A stretch of DNA of 35,736 nt from Trichoplax sp. H2. Its lineage: Eukaryota. Location: NCBI GenBank assembly GCA_003344405.1, contig NOWV01000238.1:62001-97736 (forward strand), given 5' to 3'. A program made the position numbers and the translations under genes. Below, piece by piece: positions 11,523 to 24,719 of the stretch (its first letter is position 1; each line of letters starts with the position of its first letter). The notes below the pieces were generated by a model. The model was not told the DNA's origin. It worked only from the letters and a program-made list of their open reading frames with translations, and did no database searches.

Positions 11523-14500
11523 TTATTTCTTTTCACCATCATCATCATCATCGTCCTCTTCGTCATCGTCATCTTTGTCCAATAAAATAATGAAACCGTA
11601 AACCGAGAGTAACAATTAGAAATTTAGTTATACCCTAAAAACTTACCTTCATTTTCGGAATAATCATCACCATCTTCATCTTCGAAGGTGTTTTCAGGCA
11701 CAGAATATAAACGAATCATAGGCTAACCAAATTGATGTTACAATAAGTTAATCGTAGCATAGACCTCAAATAGGAATTTCGATACAATCATAACATTAAA
11801 TGACTCGTTACCTTATTCGGATCTTTCAAAATAACATATTTGCCTTCACTGTATGACATCAAAGTATCAATAATTACTCGAAGGATACCCCAAGCATTGT
11901 CCATTTGTAAATTTATTTGCGATGCAAATTCTACAGATGAATATTGTTGTGTTCCAAGAACTACATGTTTTGAGGTACTGGCTGGATTGACACGAGAAAC
12001 GTAACTAGGAAAAGAAATAGGATAATCTTTTAATCGCACTGAACTCTCAGTCACTACCTACTCAATCAGGATCAATTCCCTTGTGCATAACATACCCAAA
12101 TTTAAGAATTTGTGATCCAGCTAGTATTGCGCTAGCAGTCCATTTGGTTAGCTTATAGCTATTATTCTTAAGTTCTGCCGCAAGAACTGCACCTCGTTGA
12201 GTATCTAACTTTTTACGCCAATCTATCTTACTGAACTGTAAAAATAGAATTATCTTAGTTTAGACATAATCCGGCAATGGATATGAAAACATTCTGCTTT
12301 TATTACTTGTGGATCGTATTCATTTAAAGCTTTAATATTCATAAATGTTGGCTCGCTGCTAGCAGTAACCCATACAGCGTCATGCTCGCATCTGACTATC
12401 AATTCGATAGCAGCTGCATCATCTTTCTTTAATACCCATTTACGATACCTATCATATTTACAGGAAGAATTATTTTTAAATGCACAAGGAAGACCTCATT
12501 ACAACGAAAGAAAGTACCTATAGCCAACGGAAGCAACATCGCTGTCCTCTTCCTCTTGCACAAATGGGTTAGGCTTATCAAATTCAAATCGCTCCCCCTA
12601 AATGAAATTAGCTCCAATTTAACGCCGGCAGCTACTACTTTCCATTAAATCAGAAATTTTACGCACCTTCTTAAGAACTTGTTGTGAGAAATGTTGATTA
12701 ATTATTGTTGCCTCAAGTGCTAGACTTTGTGCAGAGTTTATTCCGTCTTCATCATCTGGAGGCGGATCGTACGAGGTTTCATTAACAGTTAACAAATCTA
12801 TTTTAAGATAATTAAATCAAAATAATAGTGTTTATTTTAAATGGGGTCGGCGTCAATTGTAGTCCTTGTAATATAATAATTGTTAGCCTAAGAAAAATGC
12901 TAAGAACAATTACTAACCAAACCCCGAATCATCGCGCTTGTCAAGGAAAAGTTTATCACGTACGCGCTAAGTAAATAAAAGTAAAAATGTCTCACAATAA
13001 AAACCAGATATCACTGCTAATAAATATTAGTGTTACAAGTTTTCATACATGAGCAACGATATCCCAGGGGTAGACGGATCTCGAGCAAGTCATCAAGGTC
13101 GCAATTATAGCATCCGTAGCAAAAACATTCCCTTTCGAAGTTAGCTAAAGGTGAATATAGGACAAAATTATAAAATTTATGAGAATTAAGAAGGTGCATA
13201 AGAGATTGTATCCATTTGGCTTTGTACTCAGATATCTCCCGTAGCCACAGCGACGGAATTGATAATTTACGATAAACGTATAGCGGTTAATTCGTATCTA
13301 GGACTAACCTTGCGAATAATTGGATCATCCGTTGTAGTTACTTTATGAAAAGTTCGATTGACTGGTAACAAGGGCTTTTCGTTTCTTACATTTACTCGAT
13401 CGTAAGACTTGTCATAGTATTCCATAGAACCGCAACAGTAACTTAAATAGAAGAATAGCACCAACAATTGGATTAGTTTAGAATAGGAATATTAATTACC
13501 TATACAATATTATTATGTTAAAATTAGTATCAGCTCATAACGGTCTGCTGTCGTGTAAACACACTATCCTTACAGGTCTTCCGGTTGGCCAACGTCGGGT
13601 AAATTGAGCTTACTCAACTGAGCGAATGATATTTCGTCAAATTCTTTCCAGTTATAAAGTACTTCTACGGAAGCTGTGCGATGTTTAGCTTGCGGTTGCT
13701 GTTGGATTTTGAGTAGATAACTTAATAACGTAGTACTGTTAACAATTTCCTAGTGCTAAATTTACAAATAGTCCACTAACTTGGTGGTGGCCGCGGCCGT
13801 ATGAATAATAGTGTTTTTGTTTCTTGCGTTGACGATTGTCCCTAAGCAAAGAAAATTGAAGATTAATAATCGTTAGGGGCCTTCACATGGAAATTGGTAC
13901 GTGACAACTCTACAAATTAATCGTTTCTTTATGCATGTAATTTTATTGGAAAATGGTCTCACAAGTGTAGGATGTAAACGTACTAAGTGAGCTGATGTTT
14001 TGAAAAGGAAACTGTATTTAAAGAAATTACAGTATTCATTACCTGTCACGATTGCCATGAGTGTTGTAGACCTGCCGACGATTGTATCGCTAATTGACGT
14101 GAGTAATAAAAGTGCAAAGAGTTTGATAGTTATTAATATAAAAAGATTTTTAAGTCATTTTACTGTGTGTCTATCATTCTATACAAATATTGACGGACGT
14201 GTACGGATGCAATAAAATACAGTACTATAAATTGGTAGATAAATAGAAATTTGATTTTCATTGCAAGTCAATCGATTATTATACCTGTCTATTGTACATA
14301 TACCGGCGATGTCCATGCTTGTCCTTCCTAGTATTTGTATCAACTAATTTGAAGGTATCATCTTGATCATGGTAGTAGCTATACGCAGAGCCTCCAGCTC
14401 CAAAGTGTGCCGCATATTTATCTAAATTTTAAAAGCAGGTGAAGATAAATTGGATCGATTTCTCATCAATACGCCTATATGTATTGTAATGCCTTCAATT

Positions 14501-15657
14501 TTATCTATTTTCTGCAGTATCAAATCAATGGAATATATTGCCTGACGTGAAGATGAGGCACTGATACTATATAAGTTTATATTTCTTTTTTTTACCTTTC
14601 GTTTTCTTATCTTGAGAGGTACCTACAGCATTCCAATCTGCTATCTATTTGTGAAAATGTATAATTACATTACTGCCTTCATCAAGATGCTATTCATTCT
14701 ATCTTTAACACTTTGATATTTTTATCATTTACGGTCCAATATCATAAGATTTTATGAACTACTGTACCACTGTACGGGTATTACAAGGTTGAGTGAGGAT
14801 CAGTTAGTTCATCTCGTGACAAGTGAATGAAATGTCATGCACATGGTTTGCTATTTTCTCGTATGATTATTTACACCAAGTTCGTAAAAGGTGTCGTGGC
14901 AAAACCGAGTTGGAAATTCGACTGGCTACGGGGTGAAACGATTACAATACTACTAATACATTTTGTCGAAGCAATCCAATCACTTTCCTTTCTATGTATT
15001 ATAATTCATTAATCCAGGGAATTGTCACTACGTCTTCTATCTACATCGATGTATTTGTGAATATCAACAAGTACAATTCCAATCTTCAAAGCAGTAATAT
15101 ATAAGCAAGAGTCCCATCGATACATGAGTATTCTACTGCACTAGATTAATCGCTACCTTGCAGTGAGGTATGTCATGATATCGAGGACATTGTTATTAGC
15201 CCTCGACCGCGACTTTCAAGTTGAGTAATAGAGTAAAATAGTTTTTAAAGTGTGCCTGTAGTCCAATCTATTGGATTGTCTCTTTGGATATCGATTACTT
15301 TACATGTTGTACAACAGAAATAGTTTCATTTTTTCTTGACTGTTGATATCCATGGACACTCTCCACAGTACTCTCCTAGTATATCGTGATTTATCGCACG
15401 CCAGGCACGCATAGGACATTGATATTCATGTCGCGCCAGTCTGCTAAGATCTACGCTACTCAAGTATCGAAAGCGTACTACCATTGACATTGTAAAGCGG
15501 TAGCGTAAACTATTCTTATTTGTTCACTTACCTTTCCAAGTCGATCGCTCTTAGCAAAAGGCTGGTAAGGAATTTCTTGGAACTCATTTGGAACACTGTA
15601 AGGCCCCCAGCCATTGGGGTTGTCAGGAATTTCTGGTGGAATAAATCGAGCAGCCAT
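11523..15657 (-). CDS. EIF3D: Eukaryotic translation initiation factor 3 subunit D, ~544 aa, 16 exons: 15532-15657, 14596-14644, 14285-14421, 14043-14089, 13781-13841, 13574-13698, 13309-13441, 13049-13144, 12918-12966, 12667-12797, 12518-12597, 12307-12448, 12096-12235, 11812-12004, 11647-11722, 11523-11572
   Basis: Translates to [122 protein letters not shown] and an acidic tail. Exon lengths sum to 545 codons. Confidence 0.97.
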
Positions 15658-16082
15658 GTGTCGTCGATTGGTTAAGGCGTTTGCTATCGGCTGTTGCTTT
15701 TATACTATACAGAATACAAGTACAGTACAGTATAGCAGCTTGGCAGTCCAGTCAGTACGGTCCAGTACACTCAGTACAGCACTCTGATGTGTCGTTCTCG
15801 CTTTTCTTTCTCGTTGTCGGTGATTGGTGCCTTGCGCTTGGTGCTGCTAGCAGTGTTCCATTTTGCGTTCCGTTCACCACTTCAGCCACATACAGTAGCC
15901 TGTTGTTGTCTATTATCACAAACAGCAGTATGCGCTGTACAATGCAGTCCGCTGGTGAAGTACTGTAGAACACAGTACTTACCACTGTGACCCGGTACAG
16001 TACGTACAGTACAGTCCAAAGCAGTGGATATTGTACAGTACAGTGTTGTACTGTACAGTACACTGTAGCTTTGGAGACAGAT

Positions 16083-17066
16083 ACTGTACTGAAGGTATCG
16101 ACCAAAGTCATTTCTTAATGAATGTCGTGTCAACTGTCAAGTCACCACATACTGTAATTCAGTACCGTAGCAGTGAGTCACTTGTACTGTACTGTCGACC
16201 AAAGTCATTTCTTATGAATGTCGTGTCAACTGTCAAGTCACCACATACTGTAATTCAGTACCGTAGCAGTGAGTCACTTGTACTGTACTGAAGGTATCGA
16301 CCAATGTCATTTCTTAATGAATGTCGTGTCAACTACCAAGTCACCACATACAGCACTGTAATTCAGTACCGTAGCAGTGAGTCACTTGTACAGTGTACAC
16401 TGTACAGTACACATAGAAATGACTTTGGTTGACAGTACTGTACACTGTACAATACTGTCAACCAAAGTCATCTCTTACGAATGGTCGTGTCAACCGTCAA
16501 GTCACCACGTACTGTACTGTAATTCAGTACCGTAGCAGTGAGTCACTTGTACTATACTGTCAACCAAAGTCATCTCTTACGAATGTCGTGTCAACCGTCA
16601 AGGCACCACGTACTGTACTGTAATTCAGTACCGTAGCAGTGAGTCACTTGTACTATACTGTCAACCAAAGTCATCTCTTACGAATGTCGTGTCAACCGTC
16701 AAGGCACCACATACTGTACTGTAATTCAGTACCGTAGCAGTGAGTCACTTGTACTATACTGTCAACCAAAGTCATCTCTTACGAATGTCGTGTCAACCGT
16801 CAAGGCACCACATACTGTACTGTACTGTAATTCAGTACCGTAGCAGTGAGTCACTTGTACTATACTGTCAACCAAAGTCATCTCTTACGAATGTCGTGTC
16901 AACCGTCAAGTCACCACATACTGTACTGTAATTCAGTACCGTAGCAGTGAGTCACTTGTACTGTACTGTCAACCAAAGTCATCTCTTACGAATGTCGTGT
17001 CAACCGTCAAGTCACCACGTACTGTACTGTAAATTCTGTAATGCTGTACCGTAGCAGTGAGTCACT
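16083..17066. repeat. Minisatellite, ~101 bp unit x 9, with two sequence variants separated by a short inversion
   Basis: Unit TACTGTCAACCAAAGTCATCTCTTACGAATGTCGTGTCAACCGTCAAGTCACCAC..TACTGTAATTCAGTACCGTAGCAGTGAGTCACTTG. Starts at ~16098, 16196, 16297, 16458, 16560, 16661, 16762, 16868 and 16969. Confidence 0.95.
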
Positions 17067-17465
17067 CGCCATTGCACCACGCACAATATGTTGATATGAA
17101 GCTACCCATTGTTCGCTTGACCTCACGCTCAATCAAACGCGTCTCACCTGCAATTGCAAGTCAACTAACCCTTGCAAGATTGAAAGTGAATCCTGAGGAA
17201 TGAGTTAACCCAACGAACGGAAAAGATTGAGAAACTGCATTGGATTACTGCAGCTAAGTAGAGTAGATCTCCAAAGTTTATTCAGCTAGCAACGATCGGG
17301 AGGGATTATTCCGCTGTTGTCTACTGTACAGTCATTGATGATTATCGCAGGAAATCACTGCTGAGTGTTTTGATCGCTTGAACATTTTGCAATTTAATCG
17401 TCCATCCCTGCTTGTTGATAGTATACTGTACTGCAACTACCTGCTACCTATTGGATGAGATCGTC

Positions 17466-20400
17466 ATGGAGGATCATGTGCATAGCGTTGATGTCCCTAT
17501 ACTTCATGATGTTTTCAAGCTGAAAATTAGCAAGAAAACCATTGATTGTGTTGTTGATTTATATCCTACCCACATTGAATATCGTCAAGTCGATACACCT
17601 GATGATCAATCTGTCCTCATGGAAGGATCTGTCCAGTTTACAGACGCGATTGGTTGTCATACTGGTAGAAGGAAAAAAAAGAGCAGTAAAGATGACGTCT
17701 TTGCATACTTGACCATTTATTCCTATCCTCTGAAAGACAGCGGTAAAAAACGCCGTCGCACTTCAACATGTTTTAGAATCAATAAAAATGATAATGTCCG
17801 CCACAATCAAGATACTGCTAACTTATGGCGTGTTGCTATTTTATGCCGGCTACGTGGTATCGATTTTAGCCACGGTTTGTACAATTCCTTCATGTAGACC
17901 GAAATCATTTGTTCCATGTAGACATGAAAGCTTGCTTTGACCAAAGTAATGAACTTGATCACATTGAAGCTGTTACACATGCAGACTTGTTAATAGTAGT
18001 CTACAATTCCTTCATGTAGACTGATGTCATTTGTTCCATGTAGCGATGAAAGCTTGCTTTGACCAAAGTAATGAACTTGATCACATTGAAGCTGTTACAA
18101 TGCAGACTTGTTAATACTAGTCTACCATCGCCGTCGTCATCTTGAGTCATATAGTACGACTACGATCGTTATAAAGTTGATCTGCTGCAATGCAGACTTG
18201 TTCAGGCTAGGCTACAATCGCTATCACCGTATTGAGTAATATAGTACGACTACCAATAAAGTTTACATCAAGAGAGATGGATATGATATAACGAATGCAA
18301 ACTTCATCCCAAATTACAATCGATGATACTACTATACTGATACTAGAAGACTTTTTTGCATTGCTATGCGTGACTGGATCACTGATACATTTCAACCAGC
18401 AAACAATCTTTTTTATCGTCTTGATTAGTCTGTACCAGTATGCAGCGCAGTATTGATAATGGAACTTAACTGTAGTTTCGTGAAGCTACCTTCTATTAGC
18501 TTACTATCCTTTGAAAAAATCTCTGTTCATGGCTAATCCATTGTACACTGACTAATCACCAAACACATTGTAAATGATATCATAACCTCGAATTTGTCTA
18601 AAATCTTAAAATTTAGAACTGGGAACAAATCAATATCCACCAGAGTACCGTTACGTTATTTTCGTGAATCCTAAAAGTGGTACAGGAAAGTCACGTAAGA
18701 TCTTTAAAAATGTCCCTAAGAGGATGTTAAGAGAAGCTGAAGCCGAATACACTTTAATCACAACAGGTATATCATATTTAGAATAATGATAATACCGCTA
18801 CAATGTACTGCACTACAAATCAGTGATCAATCTTGCCCAATACAGCACTATGGATGCAGCAGCACAATGACCACTGTTGATAGATAAAGTAATATCAGTA
18901 ATAGCGTTGTTAATTTACGATATAACTTAGATATGATGCATAGTATCCAATACATAGTGTTTGTAGACTAATGACGATATTGATGAATAAAATAATAATG
19001 TGGTCCCACCGTGATATTTCAGAAAGGCAAGGTCATGCTTATGATTATGTAAAGGAAATGAAATTAAATCAAGTCGATGGGATCATTATTGTCTCTGGTG
19101 ATGGGTTAATCCATGAAGTAATCACTCATAATCTGCTTAAATACGCATATTATTATATTACAATATGATAGCTGCTAGTCTAGCAATATTTATGCCATAA
19201 CTTGATCTAAAATTGTTGATTTAAATCGATCTGATTACAATCAAGGTTATTAATGGATTAATGAGCAGGGAAGACTGGGAGCATGCAATTAAGCTACCGA
19301 TCGGTGCATTACCTGGTGGATCAGGAAATGCCTTATACCAATCGATTTTATATGAATCCAAGTAAGTATAGTAATTCATAATTCTTTTTAAGTAACTCAA
19401 CATACTCGTAGATTATTGACATATCGAGTTGTATTGTCATAAAGCCATCCTAAATTGCAGCTCTTTAAGTGCATACTGTACAGTACATGCACTGTAAATG
19501 TTATTTATTCGTATAAGAGTGTATAACATTGTAATTACCTTTCTCATATTTGTAACAACTCATTTAAACTGTACAATTTAAGCTTCTGCCTGCTACTTGG
19601 TATGCATTAATATCCTTTAGCCTAATTGAGCATTTATTGTTTTCTGTATCAATGAAATCATGTTTACTAGAGAACCTACCAGTATAACAAGCGCCATGTT
19701 TATGATAATCAAGAGATATACTACTAAATTGGATTTAGTCTCCATTACAACACTCAAAGATCAACGATACTCTTTTCTATCAGTTGGATGGGGTTTACTT
19801 TCCGATGTTGACATAGGTACTGAAAAATTTAGAAAATTGGGTACGGCAAGATTCGTTTTAGGCACAGTAAAGCATTTAACGAAATTAAAATATTATCATG
19901 GTAAATTTCAATATCTACCTAATCCAATGAAAGGTAATCAAAAAATTACTCAATGTTCACTCTAATTTTTATCCTTAAATACATTTTCACTACGATGAAT
20001 ATTATAGGCCATTACTAGCATATTATGTGATTAGTGTTACTTACTCCTATGGATATACTTTTTTACTTTTATTACATTACTTAGAAGATGATACTGGTAA
20101 TACATCATCTAATAACGCTAACCAGGTAATTTAAGGTGTAATGTCGAATTTCTTTCATCCTTAAAAATCTAATAAACAATCAGAGATCGCCATCTATGTA
20201 ATTAACATGATCTCATCATTTACTATATTCTCAGACAAATGATACAGCTACCGCGGGAGCAACCAATAATACTGAGTCTAAGGCAGGCCCGAAATCGATA
20301 TTGCCACCAATAAATGAATCTTTGCCTTCTACTTGGGAAACAGTCGAAGATGATATGGTTCTGTTTGGTGCAATCTACTTGCCATATTTATCAACAGAAA

Positions 20401-20702
20401 ACTTTGTTGCTCCCACATCTCGGCTAAACGATGGCATTATACATTTACAAACTATCGATTCAACTTGCAACAGAAAAACGATGCTAAAGATATTATCTAA
20501 ACAGAAAGAAGCAGGCCATCTAGGCATGAGCTGCGTGGAGGTATTTCCTTGCAAAGCCTTTCGTTTAGAACCGATAACTAGCCCTGGAATTATTACTGTA
20601 GATGGTGAATGCGTGGATTATGGTACGATTCAGGGAGAAATCTTTCCCGGTTTAAGTCGAGTATTCTGTCGTAGGGCTAAGTCTAGTAGCAGTAGTAGTT
20701 AG
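17466..20702 (+). CDS. SPHK: Sphingosine kinase (SPHK1/2 family) with N-terminal extension, ~513 aa. Exons: 17466-17874, 18617-18766, 19023-19117, 19246-19361, 19671-19933, 20085-20125, 20235-20702
   Basis: Contains the DAGK-family motifs FVNPKSGTGK, IVSGDGLIHE|VINGLMSREDW, PIGALPGGSGNAL, SFLSVGWGLLSDVDIGTEKFRKLGTARF and KAFRLEP..GIITVDGE. Splice phases are consistent. Confidence 0.95.
17880..18265. repeat. Overlapping tandem duplications in SPHK intron 1: ~122 bp x 2 (17880, 18002) plus a more diverged ~90 bp period duplication (~18098, ~18188)
   Basis: TACAATTCCTTCATGTAGAC...ATGCAGACTTGTTAATA occurs twice. AATGCAGACTTGTT..TAG.CTAC.ATCGC...TTGAGT.ATATAGTACGACTAC also occurs twice. Confidence 0.85.
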
Positions 20703-21572
20703 ATTTACTAAATTTTTTCAAAATTAAGCGTATAAGACTATCTTTTCAGCAGACTATTTCATATGAAATATTGCAATTTGAAAAGCAGTAAAAACTAAAG
20801 ATTTAGTATGAAAATGGATGGTAAATTGAATGGATTGGATCGCATGCTGATTTCATCGATTTGCAACATCAATCTTATATAACTATTAGAATTATTAAAA
20901 CATCAGCCTTATCTAAGGTTTACACTATATTCTACTTTCTGCACGTATATAACTGTTATACTGTATGACTATTAACCACAATTATAGACTTCCTGTATAA
21001 TAAAATGGAACATAAGTTCTTAACATATTATAAAGAAATATCACATCATTTTATTTGCAAATATTAGCACTGCATTTATTCTAATGTTTATTACAAATAT
21101 TGTGCCCATATTTGATATCACTTTCAATAAAGATTTTAGAAGTTGAACGCACAAAATACTACTGTACGATGTTATGCAATAAAGCATGCAACTGTTGCAT
21201 TGAATAATTTTTAGAAAAAACTAGTTAACTAGAAGCTATAAATGCATATTTGTTCACAAAGCTAGTAATGGCCATTACTATTACCGATAAAACATGCTAG
21301 TAAAGTGATATCTGATTACGTTAAGATAATGAAAAGAAATTACAGCTATTGATGTATTGCTCCAAAAAAAATCGTCAAGATGTAGCAGTTGACACGCAGT
21401 ATGATCGTAAAGATTCAAAGTAAAATATTTAGATATCACAGTTCAACTGCGAACATGTACTTTATGAAAAAGCTTTCTGCTATACAAACCGTTTATTAAC
21501 AAAGAATACAGTAATAGAATTAGGTAAGGTATACAATAAGTGTACAATTTTAAATTATATACATATAATTTT

Positions 21573-23970
21573 TTATCGGAACTGATATACTGTAGTATTA
21601 TCTGCAGCCACGTGTGTCAAACTGAGAGATTGAAACCTATTGATTTAAAAAGTAGAGAAATTATCATAATGACATAAGGGAAGAACGAACAATATCATTT
21701 GTATATTTTTACCGTTCCGAATTTCGATGGTAGTAGTATCCTTCAATCTTTGCTTTTGACTTCTCGAAGCAAATATAATAAAATCCGGCAAATGAGGCTC
21801 CGTTAATATCTCTGACTGTGTGATCTGGTACCAAGAAATGTTCCTAGCAATATAGCATAAATTGGTACCAATTAGTTTTCAAGAATTTTATCCACTAGTC
21901 AAGTTGTGGATCTATATGGAAGTTATCCAAACGGACTATTATTCTATCGATATTAAACATGTTTCTATCTGCGTCATATACTGCAGTGTAACAGCAATGA
22001 CAACTGTTGATATTTTGGCATTTTAGAAGAATATTTGGCTATTGCATCATAAGCCTGCTCATGCTAACCTTCCAACGCATAAATACACAGCCCAAGTTAG
22101 CTAATTCGTCGTAATTAAAATCATCAGAGTTAAAATTTTTAGAAAACTGAAGAAAGGGAGAAAATTTGTCCTAGATCGAAAAACATAAGACACATTCTAA
22201 AGTCAACGACTTGGGTATCAGTGTAAACACTTTTTCTACATCATTACTGCAGAAAAGAATGCAAAATCTTTTACCCAGTGTTTCCGATCGACATCTTCAT
22301 CAGCATCCTATGAATAATCCAATTAAAATAGGTGAATGAACAAAGTCGTTTTCAAGCACTTGCTTTTATCTACGTGTTAGGAACTATACTTTAAGGTGGT
22401 TAAAGTGACATGTTGTAGTAATCGGTGATGCTAATGTTTGCATATCGCATAGAAAACTGATATACTAGTTAACCATAGCATTAAGTACTCGATAGAGTCC
22501 AAATGCGAATTTTGTAATAACATAGATTGCATAGGAACAACAATAATGATTGATCAACAAATTTCGCAATACGTCGATGATGTGATAGCAACAAAATCCA
22601 TATTTAGGATTAAGATTAACCAATACGGTAGTATAACGCTACAATCAGCTAAGGAATGCTTGTATTTACGAATCAACTACACTATAAATATGTAATGTAG
22701 TATTTATATCTTACCCATTTTCGAGTATGAAAAGGATACTTTTTGCCGATTATTTCTCCATCAAAAAAAGTTGTCAGATAAGGATATTCCTAGCAAGCAT
22801 ACGTAAGTGACAATAAGGTAAATACTGGCTTGGTAGGATACACATATCTCTTTTATGCATCGTTTCAGCATCATCGTATGAAGATGTACCGATAAAGGAC
22901 TCGATAATTAGATGGTTTAGTGGTGCTGAACAGTTTACACAAGTATAAGGTTGTTTGCCTGCACTTTCTGAACCAATATTCTAGACTAGCTAAAGAAATA
23001 TTGTACTGTACATGTACTGTAGTCTGTAGAGTAAAACCTATCTTGTTATGATTGATACTTAGTTCTGTAGTTGGCGTATACTGGACTCTGTACTGCGTAA
23101 AAATTGCCTTGTCTTGTCTCCTAACTCTCTTTTGGTAATCTTAACACAGTTTATCTTCTAATGTAATTACTACTATACAATACAGTAACACAGCAGTTTT
23201 ATCTAATCTGCAAGGTATGCAGATCCATTTAACGCATGATTACATTTACCTAAACTTGTACTACAGTACTGAAGAGTATTATGATTATACGTATTTTAAT
23301 TGTTGAATTTATTATGGGTAGTCATTAATATAGCAATCAATATTGGAGGACGTCAAGGTAATTTTGTCGTATCACTTACATCAGTTAAGTTCTTAATCGT
23401 CAAGTAGCCACATATGAAAGAATTCTCCATATCTACGTTCTAAAAGAGGCAAGTTGGAATGCAAAGGTAGTTTAGAAACTAGGCATCGTACACAGGTTAG
23501 AAGAATGATCTATCTACAACACTCGTCTACTGTATTCATGGCCAAATTTGTGTCACATTACATGGTTATGATTATCGAAATAAGAGCGATACGATTTTCC
23601 ACTACGCTACCATAACAAGATAAACAAGTCTTTTTTGACTTCAACATAAACTGCCATCAAGAGTAAAATTGTAAGTATACTTGAATACGATTTCAAAAAT
23701 GAATACTACTGTAGAATTTTGGATCATCGTTTGCTAAGGAACAACTTCATGATGGTAGTATCATGGAAATATTGATGACTGTTATTGCAATTGGCTGTAA
23801 TCACGTACTTGCAGAATAATCTCCACATCGTAGCTATTGCCTTTGCTTTTTTGACTTCCAATAAATTTACTGCCATTATAAAGCAAGGAAGTGGACAACC
23901 CTGGTTGTTTAGAAAGAGGATAATAAACTCCCTCTTTCTTGCTTGTCTGATTACCGTCGATAAACTTCAT
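21573..23970 (-). CDS. GID4: GID/CTLH E3 ligase substrate receptor GID4 (Vid24 family), ~208 aa. Exons: 23809-23970, 23380-23439, 22715-22789, 22275-22307, 22069-22170, 21713-21843, 21573-21636
   Basis: Translates to [75 protein letters not shown]|..[39 protein letters not shown]..|FQSLSL..VYQFR*. Confidence 0.96.
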
Positions 23971-24719
23971 TGACCACTAGGAAATGATTGAATGCGTTGC
24001 AGCAATGGAAGCCTCGTTATGCCTCTCCTGTCGTCGTGCTGAGCAGTCTGCCTGTCTGAGTGGTGGTGGTTTCACTTGGTCACGATTTTCTCATATGGAT
24101 CGGAGACGCTTGAGCACTGGTGTATAGTGTACAATTCGCTATCCTACCGCCCATACTGTACTGTATGTAGTGTACAGTACTGTACTGTACAGTATATATA
24201 CACGAGCTGTCTGCTTATTTCCAACGTCCTCCCGTACGGTTGATGTGTCCAGCTGTCTGTACAATCTGTAGCTGGTGCAGTTAGCATATTGCATTCACCA
24301 CATTGCATCAATTTGAAGGAAAAAAACATTTTCTGCTTTGCTTTGCTTTCGGTATTGAAATTTGAAATTGTAAAAGATTTCCAACGTAAACTAAGCCATC
24401 AACTACTAGAAATGACGATGTAGTAGTCTAGTCATTTCTAGTAGTTTATGACTCAATTGTAATCAGGTGTAACTGGAGTAAGTTTTCTTTCTTTCTTTCT
24501 TTTACCTCTACTACAACAGCTCACTACAGGACATGAGAGATTGCTCCATTATTTTTACTGTCAAGAGAAGGAAAAAGTTCCTAACAAGAGAGGTACAGTA
24601 ATTCATCATGAAAGACTAGAACCTTCTCAATTGTAGTGGACAGACAGAATCAATTCTGCAATCAGTCAAGTAGTCCATGGAGTAGAATGCATAGAAGATC
24701 CATTGCAATATTCTACTTA

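Noticed and set aside
11573..11590. Apparent missing AG acceptor for the last EIF3D exon
   Set aside because: A canonical AAG acceptor at 11573-11575 restores the frame, so no non-canonical intron is needed.
16083..17066. CRISPR-like appearance of the regularly spaced arrays (also 24990-26200 and 35185-35736)
   Set aside because: Whole units repeat with no unique spacers, there are no cas genes, and the context is eukaryotic.
18000..18017. CTACAATTCC similarity to the ZNF143/THAP11 ACTACAnnTCCC motif
   Set aside because: The match is partial and intronic, so chance is likely.
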